Below, piece by piece: positions 12,201 to 26,017 of a stretch of 64,000 nucleotides of DNA. The translations under genes and the position numbers were made by a program. The first letter of the stretch is position 1. Each line of letters starts with the position of its first letter. Below the pieces are notes generated by a model, which was not told where the DNA came from, did no database searches, and saw only the letters and a program-made list of their open reading frames with translations. Source of the stretch: Octopus sinensis (Eukaryota); the NCBI RefSeq assembly GCF_006345805.1, contig NC_042997.1:18166001-18230000 (forward strand). The letters are read 5' to 3'.

Positions 12201-13490
12201 CTAATGATAATAGAAATGCAAATCGAATCTAAACTCGAAACATAGTAAGTTAATTGAAAATCAAGTTTCACCGATACCGAAATAGATTTAATGTCACTGT
12301 TTTAATAACGATTTTTCTTAGTAAACTGGACTCGCAAACTGTCTAATATTTTTGAAATATTTTTTAAAACTCAGTTATAGAAAGGAATCAATCTCACATG
12401 TAGAAATTAAGACATCAACCAAATATTCTGTATCGTCATTAGATATGTTTTAGTGTAAATGGAAAACACTATTAGGTCTTAAAACCTAGATTACCTTATT
12501 CTTATCAGCTATTTGAAGAAGCAGAGGCTAAGATAGTAATCCTCATTAATTTCATGAGTGAAGTGGCTTGCACATTTTTGATGGGATAGAAGGCTACAAG
12601 CAGGCCTAAAATAGATGTGTTTACTCAAACACATAGATGTGTTTACTCAAATAACATATTATTGTTGCGTCACAAACTTTAAGTAGATACGATGCTGGTC
12701 ACTGAGAAAATGCGTCATTGAGAAAAATGACGAAAATCTTGCGTTAATTTACTCTCAGTTTTTATTGTTATATAAAATTCTAAGTATAGAACGATTCCTT
12801 TATTATGGAAACTAACCATTTAGTGACCCGTAGTTCAAATCCTATCCGGATTGACTTTGAATTATGAGAAGTGTTCTGATTAAATGAAGTAACATAAAAA
12901 GAAGCGTCTAGACATAATAAAATCAGCCATACTGATCTCTGACAAGAGGTCAAATTTGTTTAATTACTCCCCGTATGTCAGTTTGCCCTTTAAAACAGAA
13001 TAAGAATCAAGTCTGATTCTTGGGGAATCAGTATTGTCTTTGATTGGTAGATAAAAATTAGTTATGTACTTGTATAGGAAACTAATATCCTCACAGAAAT
13101 ACTAATAAAACTGTTTTGCATACCATGACTTGAGAATCAGTATACTGAACAACTTACATTGGCAGTGATAGAAATGATATGAAGCCCATTGAAATTATAT
13201 GTTCACATGTACAAACTGATATAAGTTATCTGAATTAGTTCATTGAAGACTACAGACAAATCTGAAGCAAATCGATGATAACATTTAACGATAGTTCCGA
13301 TGGTATTTGATAATGTACCCAATAATAAATTTTGCTGGCCCTGTAAAAGGCAAATGTTTCCGGACCTATTGTTACTTAAATATTAAAATGAAAATCAAAT
13401 ACTGAATTTGATTCGTGCGATTTGAAATTCCTGTATATTCACGTTTTAAATACTAAAGGGAATACATTGTTCTGACCTGCCTTTATGTAG

Positions 13491-14176
13491 GACAAGAAAA
13501 TTAAACAGCTATTGGCCTGAAACTAGGAAAAGATGTGTGTGTGTGTTGCTAGGAAGGCACGCATTCATAGGATCTGACAGCACTAGTGCATTTGTTGGTA
13601 AGGGAAAGAAGCAGACATTCAAGATGGTGGTGTCTGATGTATACAAGTGCAATGCGATGAGAATGGTTGGCTCATCGTTTCATATAGATGATGAAAGGCT
13701 GCAAGCATGTGCACAGTTTGTTTTTTCTCTCTATGGGTACAGTAACTATGATACCGACCTTGTTCGCTACAAACTATTCTGCACCAAGAATGCCCAAACA
13801 TGTCATCTTCCACCGACTCAAGATGCACTCGAGTACCGTGTGAAGCAGGTAAATTACCAAGCAGGTAAATTACCAAGCATGCATCTGGCGATCAGCACTG
13901 AATGCATCTGCTACCACACCAAGTCCAGATGGCCATGGCTGGGGTCTCAAAGATGATTCATTGGCTATCCACTGGATGAACAAACCATCAGCACCAAAAG
14001 CATTCCTGTTATTGATATCTTGTAAATGCAGTACTAGCCAGTATAACGGTAGTCAGTGCACATGCCTTATGAATGGTTTGTCGTGCACTGATGCCTGTCA
14101 ATGCAGGTCATGCACAATTACCACAAATATTGATAAAATAGAATCCAGTGATGAGGATGAGGATGAAGATTATTAA
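13491..14176 (+). pseudogene. Transposon-like gene fragment with H3TH-like GxD motif and C-terminal tesmin/CXC-like Cys cluster
   Basis: HAFIGSDSTSAFVGKGKK, LPPTQDAL, GHGW, CKC...CTC...CTDACQC. ORFs 13537-13956 and 13961-14176 join in frame if the 16-bp tandem duplication aagcaggtaaattacc (13843-13874) is removed. Confidence 0.7.
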
Positions 14177-15149
14177 TGAATAATGATGACTGTTTTTTCC
14201 CGCACATTTTCTCATTCTGTGAAGTGTATTATTGGCTGTGGTAAGACTTGCACTGGTGGTGAGTGAAATTGCTTGACTTTTGGGGGTTATGTTATGTTTG
14301 TGGATATGATTACCCTTTACTTAGGAAAGGAAAGTGCTTATATCATTATTATTGAAGATAGCGGACTCAAATTTCACATGCAATTGTAGAAATAAATATT
14401 AAAAACAACTATGTTGTTTAACTTAATGAATATTAAATTAATTGCAAAAAGAAAGAATGAAAGTCAATATACTGTGAAAAAACATTAAAAAATGGACGTT
14501 TTTTCAGACAAATTGGAGAGCTTTTCCAATTTTGGACAATGGAAGATGAAAGATTTACCATGGGTATGGTAAAGAGGTATATTTCCTTCATTTCAGTGAC
14601 ATATAGGGCGTTAATAGGCAAATATTTCCAATGGTTACCTGTGTATCACATATTTCCATTTTTTATAGCCTCGAGACTCACATTTACTTATAAAAAGCTG
14701 TTGTCCTAATTACCTGACAGGTTGTGCGAATAATAACAAGTGAAAATGTCATCCCCATAGACCCAGGAACAATGTGGTACCATCAACCGAAGTGCACATT
14801 TCTGGATCTGGCCCACCGACTATCATCAATTGTCGGCTGTCTATCTACTCTTCATTTCGAGCATTCAACGACAATATGAGTCTTTAAAGGCAGCTGCTTC
14901 CATAAATTCTAAAATAAAATTTTGGATTTATGGAGGGTCAAATTTGGGAACAAGAACAAGGAAACCGAACGAAAACAAGCATGGAGGGTCGTTAGGGTAA
15001 TTCTCTGTGTTACTTGTACTGTTTTCCATTTTTTTTCTCTCGTTGTTTGCGTATTTAACTCGTTTGTTTTCATACTTGATGTTGTTTACAGAGTTGGTGA
15101 TGTCCTGTACTAATATATGCATATATATATTATTTACAATATTATTCAT

Positions 15150-15229
15150 ACATATACATACATACATACATACATAGATACACACACACACGCACACACA
15201 TACACACACACATACATACATACATATAT

Positions 15230-15319
<90 letters not shown>

Positions 15320-15365
15320 TGGTAGGTAGTAGGGAGGTAGGTAGGTAGGTAGACTGACTGACTGT
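15150..15365. repeat. (CATA)/(CA)/(GATA)n compound microsatellite
   Basis: Direct reading. Confidence 0.95.
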
Positions 15366-17384
15366 CTGTTTTGAAACACCAACAAAGGATCTGCTGCAAA
15401 GCAAAAATATTGATAATAATAATAATAATAACAAAAATCCCAATAACCCCCTCTCAGAACAAATGCTACGAGAAAATTTAATGGAATGTTCTATTAGGAA
15501 ACAATTGCATTATGACGTCATTTGTTTGGTCTTCTAAACTATGCAAGTCTCTGTATTTCTACTTCACACTTTTAATTATTTTGGCGGATATAACTAAAGC
15601 TTTTATAGACCCATGTAATAACGCCTTGAGGTATTTAATCAATTCTTTGTCATACCTTCGTGCATAGACCAAATGAAGAACATTTATTCAACGAAATTAC
15701 TAAAAGCTAACCTTGGCGATGTGCATTTGAATTTTTTCATCTTCTGTGTAAGAAAAAAAATATCTGTAGTTTTACGTAAACACTCGAATTCACACTAAAA
15801 AAAGATACATCAGTGCACATACGCGCGCGCACAAGCTTCATCATAGATTATTTTGTGTAAATAGTTTTATTTATTTATTTTTGCTTGAGACATTCTATTT
15901 CCCCCTTTTTATCTGTTCTACCTTCGTTGTCTTTCGCTATTACATTTTACGGTCTTCCACGTTGAAACATCAGTTTCCGGAGTAAGTTTGGTTTAGTCTC
16001 GTTTAACATTTTGTATAAAAATGATTTCTTAGCCGATTTCCAGATCTTTCTGCTAAAAGTATTTCATTCTATATTGTTTTGATATGGCCTACAGATATTC
16101 TGTCTTGGGAGTGCCTGATAGACAGTATTGCTGCACTGGGAAAGGGATTGTTATTATATGTGGTTGTATGCGACGCATTTATTTATTTTTTATTTTATAT
16201 CTTCCTATGTGTTTCCAACGTAACCTGAGCCTATTTTTAAAAGATCCAATGTATTTATATAGCTTTAATTCATGTTTTCTATAGAAACTTTTATAAAATT
16301 AGTTTTGAATTGTGTTCAAGAATCTTCTTGACGTATTATTGAAGCTGCTGTGCTTCTCACAAAACGATATGTATTTTCATATTATTCATATTAATCCTTC
16401 ATATAAAACACTATATATAAATCTAAATACTTTTGTCCAATCATGGCCGATTTCTGTTGTGTGATCGATGATAAATATAATTCTCGTAAGATAGCTTACT
16501 TTCAGTGTTGGTGACGATTGCTATGGTAAAATTTTATCATGGCATTAACAATATCTGTTAAGGGTGATTTTAATTGAACTTAAAATAGGATTTTATCAAT
16601 GAGATAAAACTATAATATTTAAACAATTCTATCCATAACATATATTTGATACAACTATAAGCAGCAATCAGCTGGAAAACCCCATCAATTTCATATAGAC
16701 CTAATGAGTGAAGACACCTCATTGTCTTTGTTTCTGCTCATTGAAAAATAATTAGCAGGTTGTGAACTCATTAAATAGTTTTATTTAGGAGAAAGGAAGA
16801 TCTTCCATACTATTTGACTGCTAATGTTAATGCTGTTGGTGTACAGTTTGAGCAGAAGCAAGTAGATGCATATAGGAAAAATGCGAGCCCTAAAATAATT
16901 CTAGAGAGTTGATATTCTGATGAAGGAGGAATTAGTGTAATGGTTAATGCAGGGCCTTGGTTGGGAGATTCAGAATAAGCAAATAATAGCGGTAGAAAAG
17001 GCAGCAGGAAAAGGTAACTGATAGAACATCAGTGTATATTAGTTACTGAATCATTACCAATCAGCTTTATTTTTTTCTGTACGAATTCTGTTTATAGCCG
17101 CATCACATTCCAGATGTGAAAGCAGAATGGGTTTTATCTGATCTTTGTAGCGTGTCAGCAGAGTTGTTCAGAGCTGAAGCATCTTCAAGCTACAAAGAAG
17201 AATGTTAGTCGCTGGAGTAAAGTGTTTGCTATGTTATGAATGTGAAATCGCCAGGAAATACCTGCAATGAAAGTGAGTCCTAGTATTTGTAACGACATAG
17301 ATGGTTTTGATCTGTCACTGATGATTAGTGATCGTTTAACGAGGAAATTTGAGGGGTAGCTGCGAGTTAGCGGCAAAGAGCTAT

Positions 17385-17545
17385 CAGGCTGTGTAGTATG
17401 TAAGTTAGTTTCGCACATCTGGAATTCCAGGTTCGATTGCATTGCACAACACATTGGGCAACCGTCTTCTACCACAGACGCAAGTTGACCAAATCCTTGT
17501 GAGTAAAATTTAGAAGAAGGAATCTCAGCAAAGCAAGATCCCATC
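17385..17545 (+). mobile_element. Diverged 5' half of SINE family 1
   Basis: ggctgtgtagt...caggttcgatt...ttgggcaa...ccttgtgagt. Confidence 0.55.
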
Positions 17546-19555
17546 ATATATATTCATATGTGTCTCTGAGTGTATATATGTGTGCGCATGTATGTGAGTT
17601 TATTCATGTCTGTTTGTGTGTATTTATGCATATATGTGTGTACGTTTTTGCGTTTGGTATATTCGATTAGAAATATCTTGAGGTATTATTACTGTTTGAC
17701 TAAGTTACAATCTCTCGCATCAATTTTCACTTTTAATTTTGTATACTACGAAGACAACGAAATAAATACTTGACCATATACTGAAGTTGCTATAGTTAAC
17801 TAAAATCCTTGAACGCGTTACTGTAGCATAAGTGCAGTTTAATGACTGAAAACCAATGAAAGAAAAAGTAAAGGAAATTATGTAAAAATTATCGTTATTG
17901 TTCCTTTCACGTGTAGTTGTTGCCGCTGTTTAACCCCGCCTGATTAGCCCCCCACTGAACAAATCTTTTATTAAAACCCTTTTGCAGCCATAACCCGTCT
18001 GTCTGTTTATATCTCAAGGACTACACTGTCCAATGTGTACTTGCATGTTTCAAGAGAGTAAGGTGTGATGAAAGAGATAGAGAGAGAGTGAGAGAGAGGG
18101 AGAGAGAGAGAGAGAGATGTAGCTGCTATTTTAGCATCTCGAGTGACCACTCAGTAGCCACATCATTCACTCGGGAAGAAAGAAGTTATTATGAATAGTA
18201 GTGCGAGGTCAGAAGTCGCTGCTGGAATGTTGTTAACGGACAGGCTTAGAGCTGCTACAGTCGTTTCCATTCACTACGAAACTTCTGTTTCTTGAGTTCC
18301 TCTTGTATTTGTGTATACTTAAAGTAATTTTCATTCCAGCAATACAAAACAGTAAAAATTGATACTTGACCTACTGCTGTCTTTCACTATTTCTTATCTG
18401 AACCTTTACATTCTTTGCCCCACTTACCCTTCTTTTTTAATTATTTTCTGTAAAGCTTCACTTTACATTCCAGCTGTGTCTACTTTCAGACCTCTTACAC
18501 ACATTCATGCCGCTTTTTTTTATCTTGCTATGTTCCCATTATTTCATAATCACCCATTCCTTTTCCACCGTCTTCTGTTACTCTTTTCTCTCCAAGACAG
18601 TAACCTCTTACTTTCTTAAGAAGGGTTCTATCCAAATCGTTTAGCATTCCCTTTCGCCGCCCACACCCGCATATTAACATGATCTATTTGCAGAGTATAT
18701 TGAACTGGTTAGTGACGCCTCAAACCACGACCAAATATTCTTAAATTGTAGTGTCCTACTTTTTGCTTTGACGGATTAAGAATTTCTGTCTAACTAGATG
18801 TATGAATATATATGTGCATGTATTTGAGCTCATATATAAACAAACAGATGCAACGCATGAGCTCAGTAAACAAATAGTAATGTGTAAAGTGTATCATTTT
18901 AGAGCTAAAAAGTGTCAGTGTAACTAAATTATAGAGCTATGGAAAGTAAACTTTGTCTTCGTAAGCCATCCGTCAAATACGGGAGACATAATTAAACAGA
19001 GTAGGAAAATCTTTGCGATAAACATTATTATTTATTTAATATATACCTCAAATATACCTCAAACTAGAAGGAATTAAGCGATATGTCTATGTATATATTT
19101 ATTTATCAACTATAATAATATTCCTTGAAAAACAGTTACATCTATTGGAACATATCTGTGCATGTATTTATGCGTGCTCGTACACACACACACACACAAC
19201 ACATACACACACATACACACAAATAAACAGATTATATGCATATACTGTTACATACATATATAAATATATGTCTGTGTGAATATATGATGATGTATACATG
19301 CATAATACACGCACATACGCTCACACACAGGGATATGCATGCGATATATTAACACAAACACATACACACACTCATATACACACACATATATGTATACATA
19401 TATACACACATAAACACAAACACACACATATATATATACGTGTGTACGTGTGCGTGCATGTGTGTGTGATGCATATAGTATCCGTTAGCTTCAACAAAGA
19501 TAGAGTGCTCAAGGAAATGTTAGTTGTAAAATATATGAGATGTGTATGCCGTCTA

Positions 19556-19628
<73 letters not shown>

Positions 19629-19979
19629 CATATAGGTTAAGGATTCATACAGTGTTGATAGACTAAGATTTTTTAAAATACAGTTAAAAAAAGTTGCTAT
19701 TCGGTAATAATCTTTTCTACTAAAGGCTCAAGGCCTGAAATTTGTGGGAAGCAGGTAAGTCGATCACATCGACCCCAGTACTTGTCATTTGGTAAATTAT
19801 TTGGTAAATTAAAAATTTGGGATAATAAAACATATAAAAGACATATTAAAATGACATTAAAATTCCAGAAAAAATACAGAAAAAATAAATATACAAAATT
19901 ACAAAATTGTTCATCTACAAAATTGTTTCGGAGACCAACCTTCACCATTATTATTTCATAATAATCAGTATTTTAAAAA

Positions 19980-20700
19980 TATAAGAAATCAATATTTTTT
20001 AATCTATATATTGTACTCTTGTTAAGTCTCGAGCCACTTCCTTTCGATGCAATCTTACTGTTTGTTTGATCCTCGAGAGTCTTTGAAATATTTGGAATTC
20101 AAAGACTCTAAAGCAATTTGTTCTAGTCTGATTGCTTTGTCCTGATTATTTTCAATTTATTAAAACATTTATTAGTATTGATGTATATTGCTTAACTTTG
20201 GTATGGTTAAGTAATCTCTGTAATTTTCAAAGATTCGACAGCATTCTTATTGTTTAATATGCCTTCTTAAACCTTTTATTATCTCCAGTTTCTTAAGAAA
20301 CACTACTTCCTATTAAGATATTTAAACTTATTTTATTTTTCTCAATGAATCAATGGTAAACATCTAGTGGCTAAAATCATGCCATTTCCTGACTTGAGCT
20401 ATTTTCCCTAATTATATTTCTTTCGATATACATATCGTTGCTATTTTGCAAAAGTGTCGTAAGTCCAAAACATTGCTTTTTCAGAAAACGAAAAGATAGT
20501 TTCACCATTCCATAGCAAAACCGTTGTAATATACTTTGACAATTTTTGATATCTTGGCATCGGAAGCAGCAGGAGATACGATAGTTTGACCAAAAGAACC
20601 GGCAATATATTCACGTCACTTACACTGATCAAGTTCTCTTAATATTTTATTTATATTGCACTCCTCAATTTCTCTCTTTCTTGGAACGCGACAACGATTT
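19980..20700 (-). pseudogene. Highly degraded hAT (ZMYM1-like) transposase remnant
   Basis: Minus-strand fragments LEQIALESLNS...D.RG(S/Q) resemble the hAT CRGQ region; many stops. Confidence 0.3.
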
Positions 20701-21320
20701 ATTTTTGTAATTTTCAGTATCACTCAGCAGTTATTCATTATCATCCTCAATTACCATTTTTTCGCTCTTTCCTATTATGCATTAAAGAAAGATGTGTAAG
20801 ATTGCAACTTTTCCTTCATAAATTAATAACTGCATCCATACTAGTAGGATAAATTTATATGCAATATTGCGATGATACAATAAATTTCACTGTTACGATT
20901 AACGATAATAACACAATAAATAAACTCAGTTGGTACTTTGAAAATTTATCCGATGTAAAACCCTCTTCAAACTACCATGCAAAGAGTTATATTAATAAAA
21001 AGTACAAAAGCTAGAACACACTTACTTTACTTAGTGTCAATAACAATATGTTTGTTGTTATTCTAAATGATTATCTTTAATTACCATTAAATGTTTCCCG
21101 AGAAACAAGTACTTCGCTAAAGAATCAGCTTAAAGTTAATAACTTAAAATGGATAATACAGAGTGAATACCATGCTTTAGGAAAGAATTATCTTAGACAG
21201 CATTATCAAAGGGGAAAATGTGAGACACAAGTAAGCATAAAATTATCCAGTACATATCTAAATGCATGCTAGGACAATGATCTCGTGTTTGAAAAGTATA
21301 ACTTTTTAATTCTTGCGATA

Positions 21321-21710
21321 GGAGTGGCTGTGTGGTAAGTAGCTTGTTTACTAACCACATGGTTCCGGGTTCAGTCCGACTGCGTGGCACCTTGGGCAAC
21401 TGTCTTCTACTATAGCCTCGGGCCGACCAAAACCTTGTGAGTGGATTTGGTAGACGGAAACTGAAAGAAGCCCGTCGTATATATGTATATATATATGTGT
21501 TTGTGTTTGTGTGTCTGTGTTTGTCCTCCTAGCATTGCTTGACAACCGATGCTGGTGTGTTTATGTCCCCGTTACTTAGCGGTTCGGCAAAAGAGACCGA
21601 TAGAATAAGTACTGGGCTTACAAAAGAATAAGTCCCGGGGTCGAGTTGCTCGATTAAAGGCGGTGCTCCAGCATGGCCGCAGTCAAATGACGGAAACAAG
21701 TAAAAAGAGT
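21321..21710 (+). mobile_element. Full-length tRNA-derived SINE family 1
   Basis: A-box tggctgtgtggt, B-box-like gggttcagtcc, central (TA)/(TG) tract, conserved 3' domain; multiple copies in window. Confidence 0.9.
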
Positions 21711-22940
21711 ATACTTTGAATGACTGAATTTGAATACAGAAGTAAGATTCCCTAGATAGATAACTCTACAACTGAGAGTAAAAAAAGTCGTACCCTCATC
21801 TTTTGTTCCGTAAGACGTGTGTGATAAAGCTTTGATAAACTATCAAAAATGAAAAGATAAATCGCTTTTTACAAATGAATAGTAAAGAGTCAAAGCTGAA
21901 GTCAACACCTATAGATGATTCAAATGAAATTATTTTTGAATCCTAGATAGGTGTTGATTTTAAATTTGATTTTACTGAATAGGTAAATGAACTCAAAATT
22001 AATGGCATAAATTGCATAACATCGTATATAATATGAAATAAATGGCGTTCATTCACTGGAACATGCATAATATTGACTTGACTTCTCTCCAATTAAAATT
22101 TGTGTTATTCATTCTGTGAGTATTATAACATACCAATATGATGTACATGTTTTGGATTGACGAAGTGCTGCTTTAAAACTTGACCTAAGTATAACCAGTC
22201 GTTGTTTGGTTAATTAAAAGGTGTAACCAATAACCCGTTATTTGAACACTATGCTAGCCAGGTTACCACATGAACTGCTGCTGAGGTGATCGTCCGGATC
22301 CCCCACTAATTATATACATACACATATTATACATATAACTCTTCAACTTATTTCAGCTTGTGGTTTTAGAGTCAGTTTTGACTACTATTTCCGGCGTAGA
22401 TACCCTAAATTATAATTATATATATATATGGTTTTGTTAAGCAGCATTGATTTTTACAATTCTGTAAATAATAATTATATCTTATAAGCGATGACTAAAG
22501 AAAATAGTCTAATAATGGGGCATATAAGCCCATCGACAGAAAAATGCAGGTTTTCCTGTACACGTGTGACTCGAACCCAGGCCTGTTTCACACCTGTTTG
22601 TTTACGCGACCAAGTGTGCTACCGTTACACCAGTGAACTTAACCTGCTTCTTTCTGTCAGATTTAAGAACTATAATTAATTCGTAGTTGTTTTTGTAAAC
22701 AAACTTTCATGTGCTTTCACTGCGATGGATGTGTTAAGCAGTGTTGAGTTTTACAATTCTGTAAATAAGATCACTGCGCAATGACTATAGAAAATAATAT
22801 ACGTACTTCATTTATACTAACTGAAAGATATACTGACATTGGAATTGCAGAATATTATGTAATATATTAAGTCATCTTTCCCGACTATGTTGTATAAAGT
22901 TCTGAAACAACTGTCACTTATTTAAATGCCAATTAAGTTT

Positions 22941-22950
22941 CTATCTATCA

Positions 22951-23042
<92 letters not shown>
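22941..23042. repeat. (CTAT)n microsatellite
   Basis: Direct reading. Confidence 0.95.
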
Positions 23043-23446
23043 GTATATATGCATACATATAATATAGGGAGGGCAATGGGCAATGAAAAAGTTCATGACA
23101 CGTTTACACTGATATCTTAACAGTATTATTCGAATAAAGGAATTTGACTTAAATCTGGTTTCCACTGAAGACAGTGCATTTCTCATGAAAGCAATCTAAG
23201 CTAGAACATTTTACGGACATGCTTAACTATTACATACTGGAGTTTACCTGGAGGAATATTAGACCAAAAATGTAACGGGCGCTACTATATGTTGAAGTAG
23301 AAAACTAGGAAATCTTAATGAATTTAAATTTCACCCTTAATGTAGAAATCCATTAAACAAATGATTTGAGTAAGAAAAGTAGGAGAAATATTATAAGGCA
23401 AATATAACTTACATAGAGTTATTCCAAAAAATATGAAACACACTCA

Positions 23447-23660
23447 GGCGGTGAGATGACAGAATCGTAAGCACGCCGGGCAAAATGCTTAGCAGCATTT
23501 CGTCCGTCTTTATGTTCTGAGCTCAAATTCCGCCGATGTCCTTATTTTTCATCTTTTCGTGGTCGATAAAATAAGTACCAGTTGAGTACTGGGGTTGATG
23601 TAATTGACTTACACCCAGTCCCCGAAGTTGTTGACCATGTGCTCAAATTTAAAACCAATA
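23447..23660 (+). mobile_element. SINE family 3
   Basis: ggcggtgag.tg.cagaatcgt...gag.tcaaattccgccga...gtcgataaaataagtaccagttgag; similar copies at 24447, 24652, 25360, 31122. Confidence 0.8.
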
Positions 23661-24446
23661 TTTTTGATCGTAGGAGGATACTTTGATGAGTATTTCATTT
23701 GAACATCAAGATAGTTACGATGAAAATATGACATACGCGATGGAAGGAGAAATAAGAAATGCATTAAGATTTTTTTTTTATAGTTTCGAATGAATTCCTT
23801 CCTCAGCTAAGATAAGCAGTAAGCAATTTATACCAAACAGCGTGAAAGAAATTAGGAAACACTTTGACTGTAGAGAAGAGTTGTTGAAGCTAGAAGAATG
23901 CGTCGTGAGCGTTAATTATACTTTAACAAACGGAAGTTTATAAAGGCAATTAGAAAGATTGAAGAAACTAAAGAATTGCTAAGTAGGCAAACGAAATAAC
24001 TTATGAATCAGATTCGTTTTTGAAGTACATATTGGATAGACAGTGGATAACATTGCAGAAGAATATTACACTAGGTCAGGTAATAGAACAAAAAATTGGT
24101 TTTGGAGGACAGAGAAGTAAGAGGTTTCAAGGAACATAATGAGAGGTTGTGTAAGTAGCTAATTATTATTGTTATCATGGTGGTGGATTGCTGGAATCGT
24201 TAATGACTTGCGCTATTTGTCTTTTGACGACAGCGCCTGCGACGACGCTGCTGTATCCGCTGTTGCTTTCTCCATGGACAACATTAGTGGCGTGGAGAGA
24301 GTAGATGTGCATGTATTTGAAACCGATGGTCTTCTATTAAAATAGCTACAACCTTCCATCAACCCCGAAAAACTTTCCACGTGTAGGTCCTTAGATTCTC
24401 AAAACTTACGGGAAATTGTATTATTATTATTAGCGAAACTTTAGAA

Positions 24447-24580
24447 GGCGGTAAACTGCCAGAAACTTAGCGACATTTTGTCCATCTCTGCGTTCTGATT
24501 TCAAATTCCGCCAAAATCTAAGTACTAGTTGAGCACTGATGCTGACAAAATTTCAGGTTTTGTGCTATAGTAGAAACGAT
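24447..24580 (+). mobile_element. SINE family 3 (deleted copy)
   Basis: ggcggtaaactgccaga...tcaaattccgcc...aagtactagttgagcactg. Confidence 0.6.
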
Positions 24581-24651
24581 TGTTATTGAAATGTTGAGTG
24601 GAAGAAAAGACAATTTTAGACAAAATACCTTTTAATATTTATGTTGGTATA

Positions 24652-24870
24652 AAGCGGTGAGCTGGCAGAGTCGTTAGCATAACGGGCAAAATGCATCGCG
24701 GCATTTTACCCGTCTTTACGTTTTGAGTTCAAATTCCGCCAAAGTCGACTTTGCCGATTATCCTTTCAGGGTCGATGAAATAAGTACCAGTTGAGTACAA
24801 GGATCAACGTAAACGACTTACACTCTCTACCAAAATTGCTGGCCTTGTACCAAAATTTGAAACCAGTATT
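24652..24870 (+). mobile_element. SINE family 3
   Basis: Aligns by eye to 23447-23660 over its full length. Confidence 0.8.
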
Positions 24871-26017
24871 TATGTTCGGAGCTCAAACTCGATGGAAGCG
24901 ATTTTGACAATGGTTCTTTTGGAGTCAATAAAATAAGTTTTCATACTGATTAAATCCTTTAGACGCTTTCCTAACAATCTTTGGCCTTGTTTAAGAAACA
25001 ATTATGATTATTTCATTGTTCATGTTAGTATATACAACGTGGGTGTTAATTACTGTTCTCTGTTTGAGATCTGATGACTTGAGACTGGAAATAATTTTCT
25101 TACAATATTAACTGCTTCAAAGAATACAATTCTGTGTTTGCTACTGATGACTGTTTTTACTTATAGTTGTTTAACATAGAACAGACGCTTTATGTGATAT
25201 GAGCTAAGAGCTCTTACTATTATTGAAATCCCATTTATTCTCATACTTTCTATTCTTTAGAGCTCTCACCTAACAATTGGGTACTTATTCATAGTTTTAA
25301 ATGTTTTGGTGAGTATTGTGGTACCCTCGTACATTTACGTTTTTTCTATTATAAGCATAACACCTGAAAATTTTTTTTGGGGGGGAGGGGTCTAGTCGAT
25401 TACATCAATCCCACACCTAAACTGGTTCTTATTTCTTTGAGCCGGAAAGGGTAAAAGGCAAATTCAATCCGGCGGAATTTGAACTCCACGCTTGTGTATT
25501 ATCAGTTATAAAACATGTTTTTCTATCAGTACATACATCAGAATTGTGTTCTATGATATTTGATATTGAAGTTATATTGGGTGTATGGTTGATTGTTCTT
25601 CAAGTAACACTATTTTTCTGTCTTCTACCACCACCACGTTAATATTGATCGCAGCCTTTTAAATAGCTGTGCTTCTTTAAAGCAAATTTTTGCTGTGTTT
25701 TTGAGCAGTTACCCGAATGGGTCATTTTTCTTTATACCTTTTTTCGCTGCCAACTCTACGACGCTTCCATCTTAAATTTTCTTTTTTTCTTAAAATTTCA
25801 TGAATTGATATTGTTTTTATTATCATTTATAGTCTCTTTCCATTTGTTCATATAGTCAGTTCTATTAGATGCTACAAACTTGAATATTATTTCCTCAATA
25901 TTTACAAGCTATTCTGAATTTCTTTGCATTGCTTAACAACAACAGATACCTTTTGTCACCTTTTCTGACAATTTAACAGCATATCACATTAGATCATGGA
26001 TAAAGGTTGCCAGCAGT

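Noticed and set aside
12611-12660. 22-bp tandem duplication
   Set aside because: Ordinary slippage duplication with no further structure.
18612-18645. Hammerhead-like cttaaga-aggg...atcc-aaatcgtt
   Set aside because: Both core boxes are mutated; not supportable.
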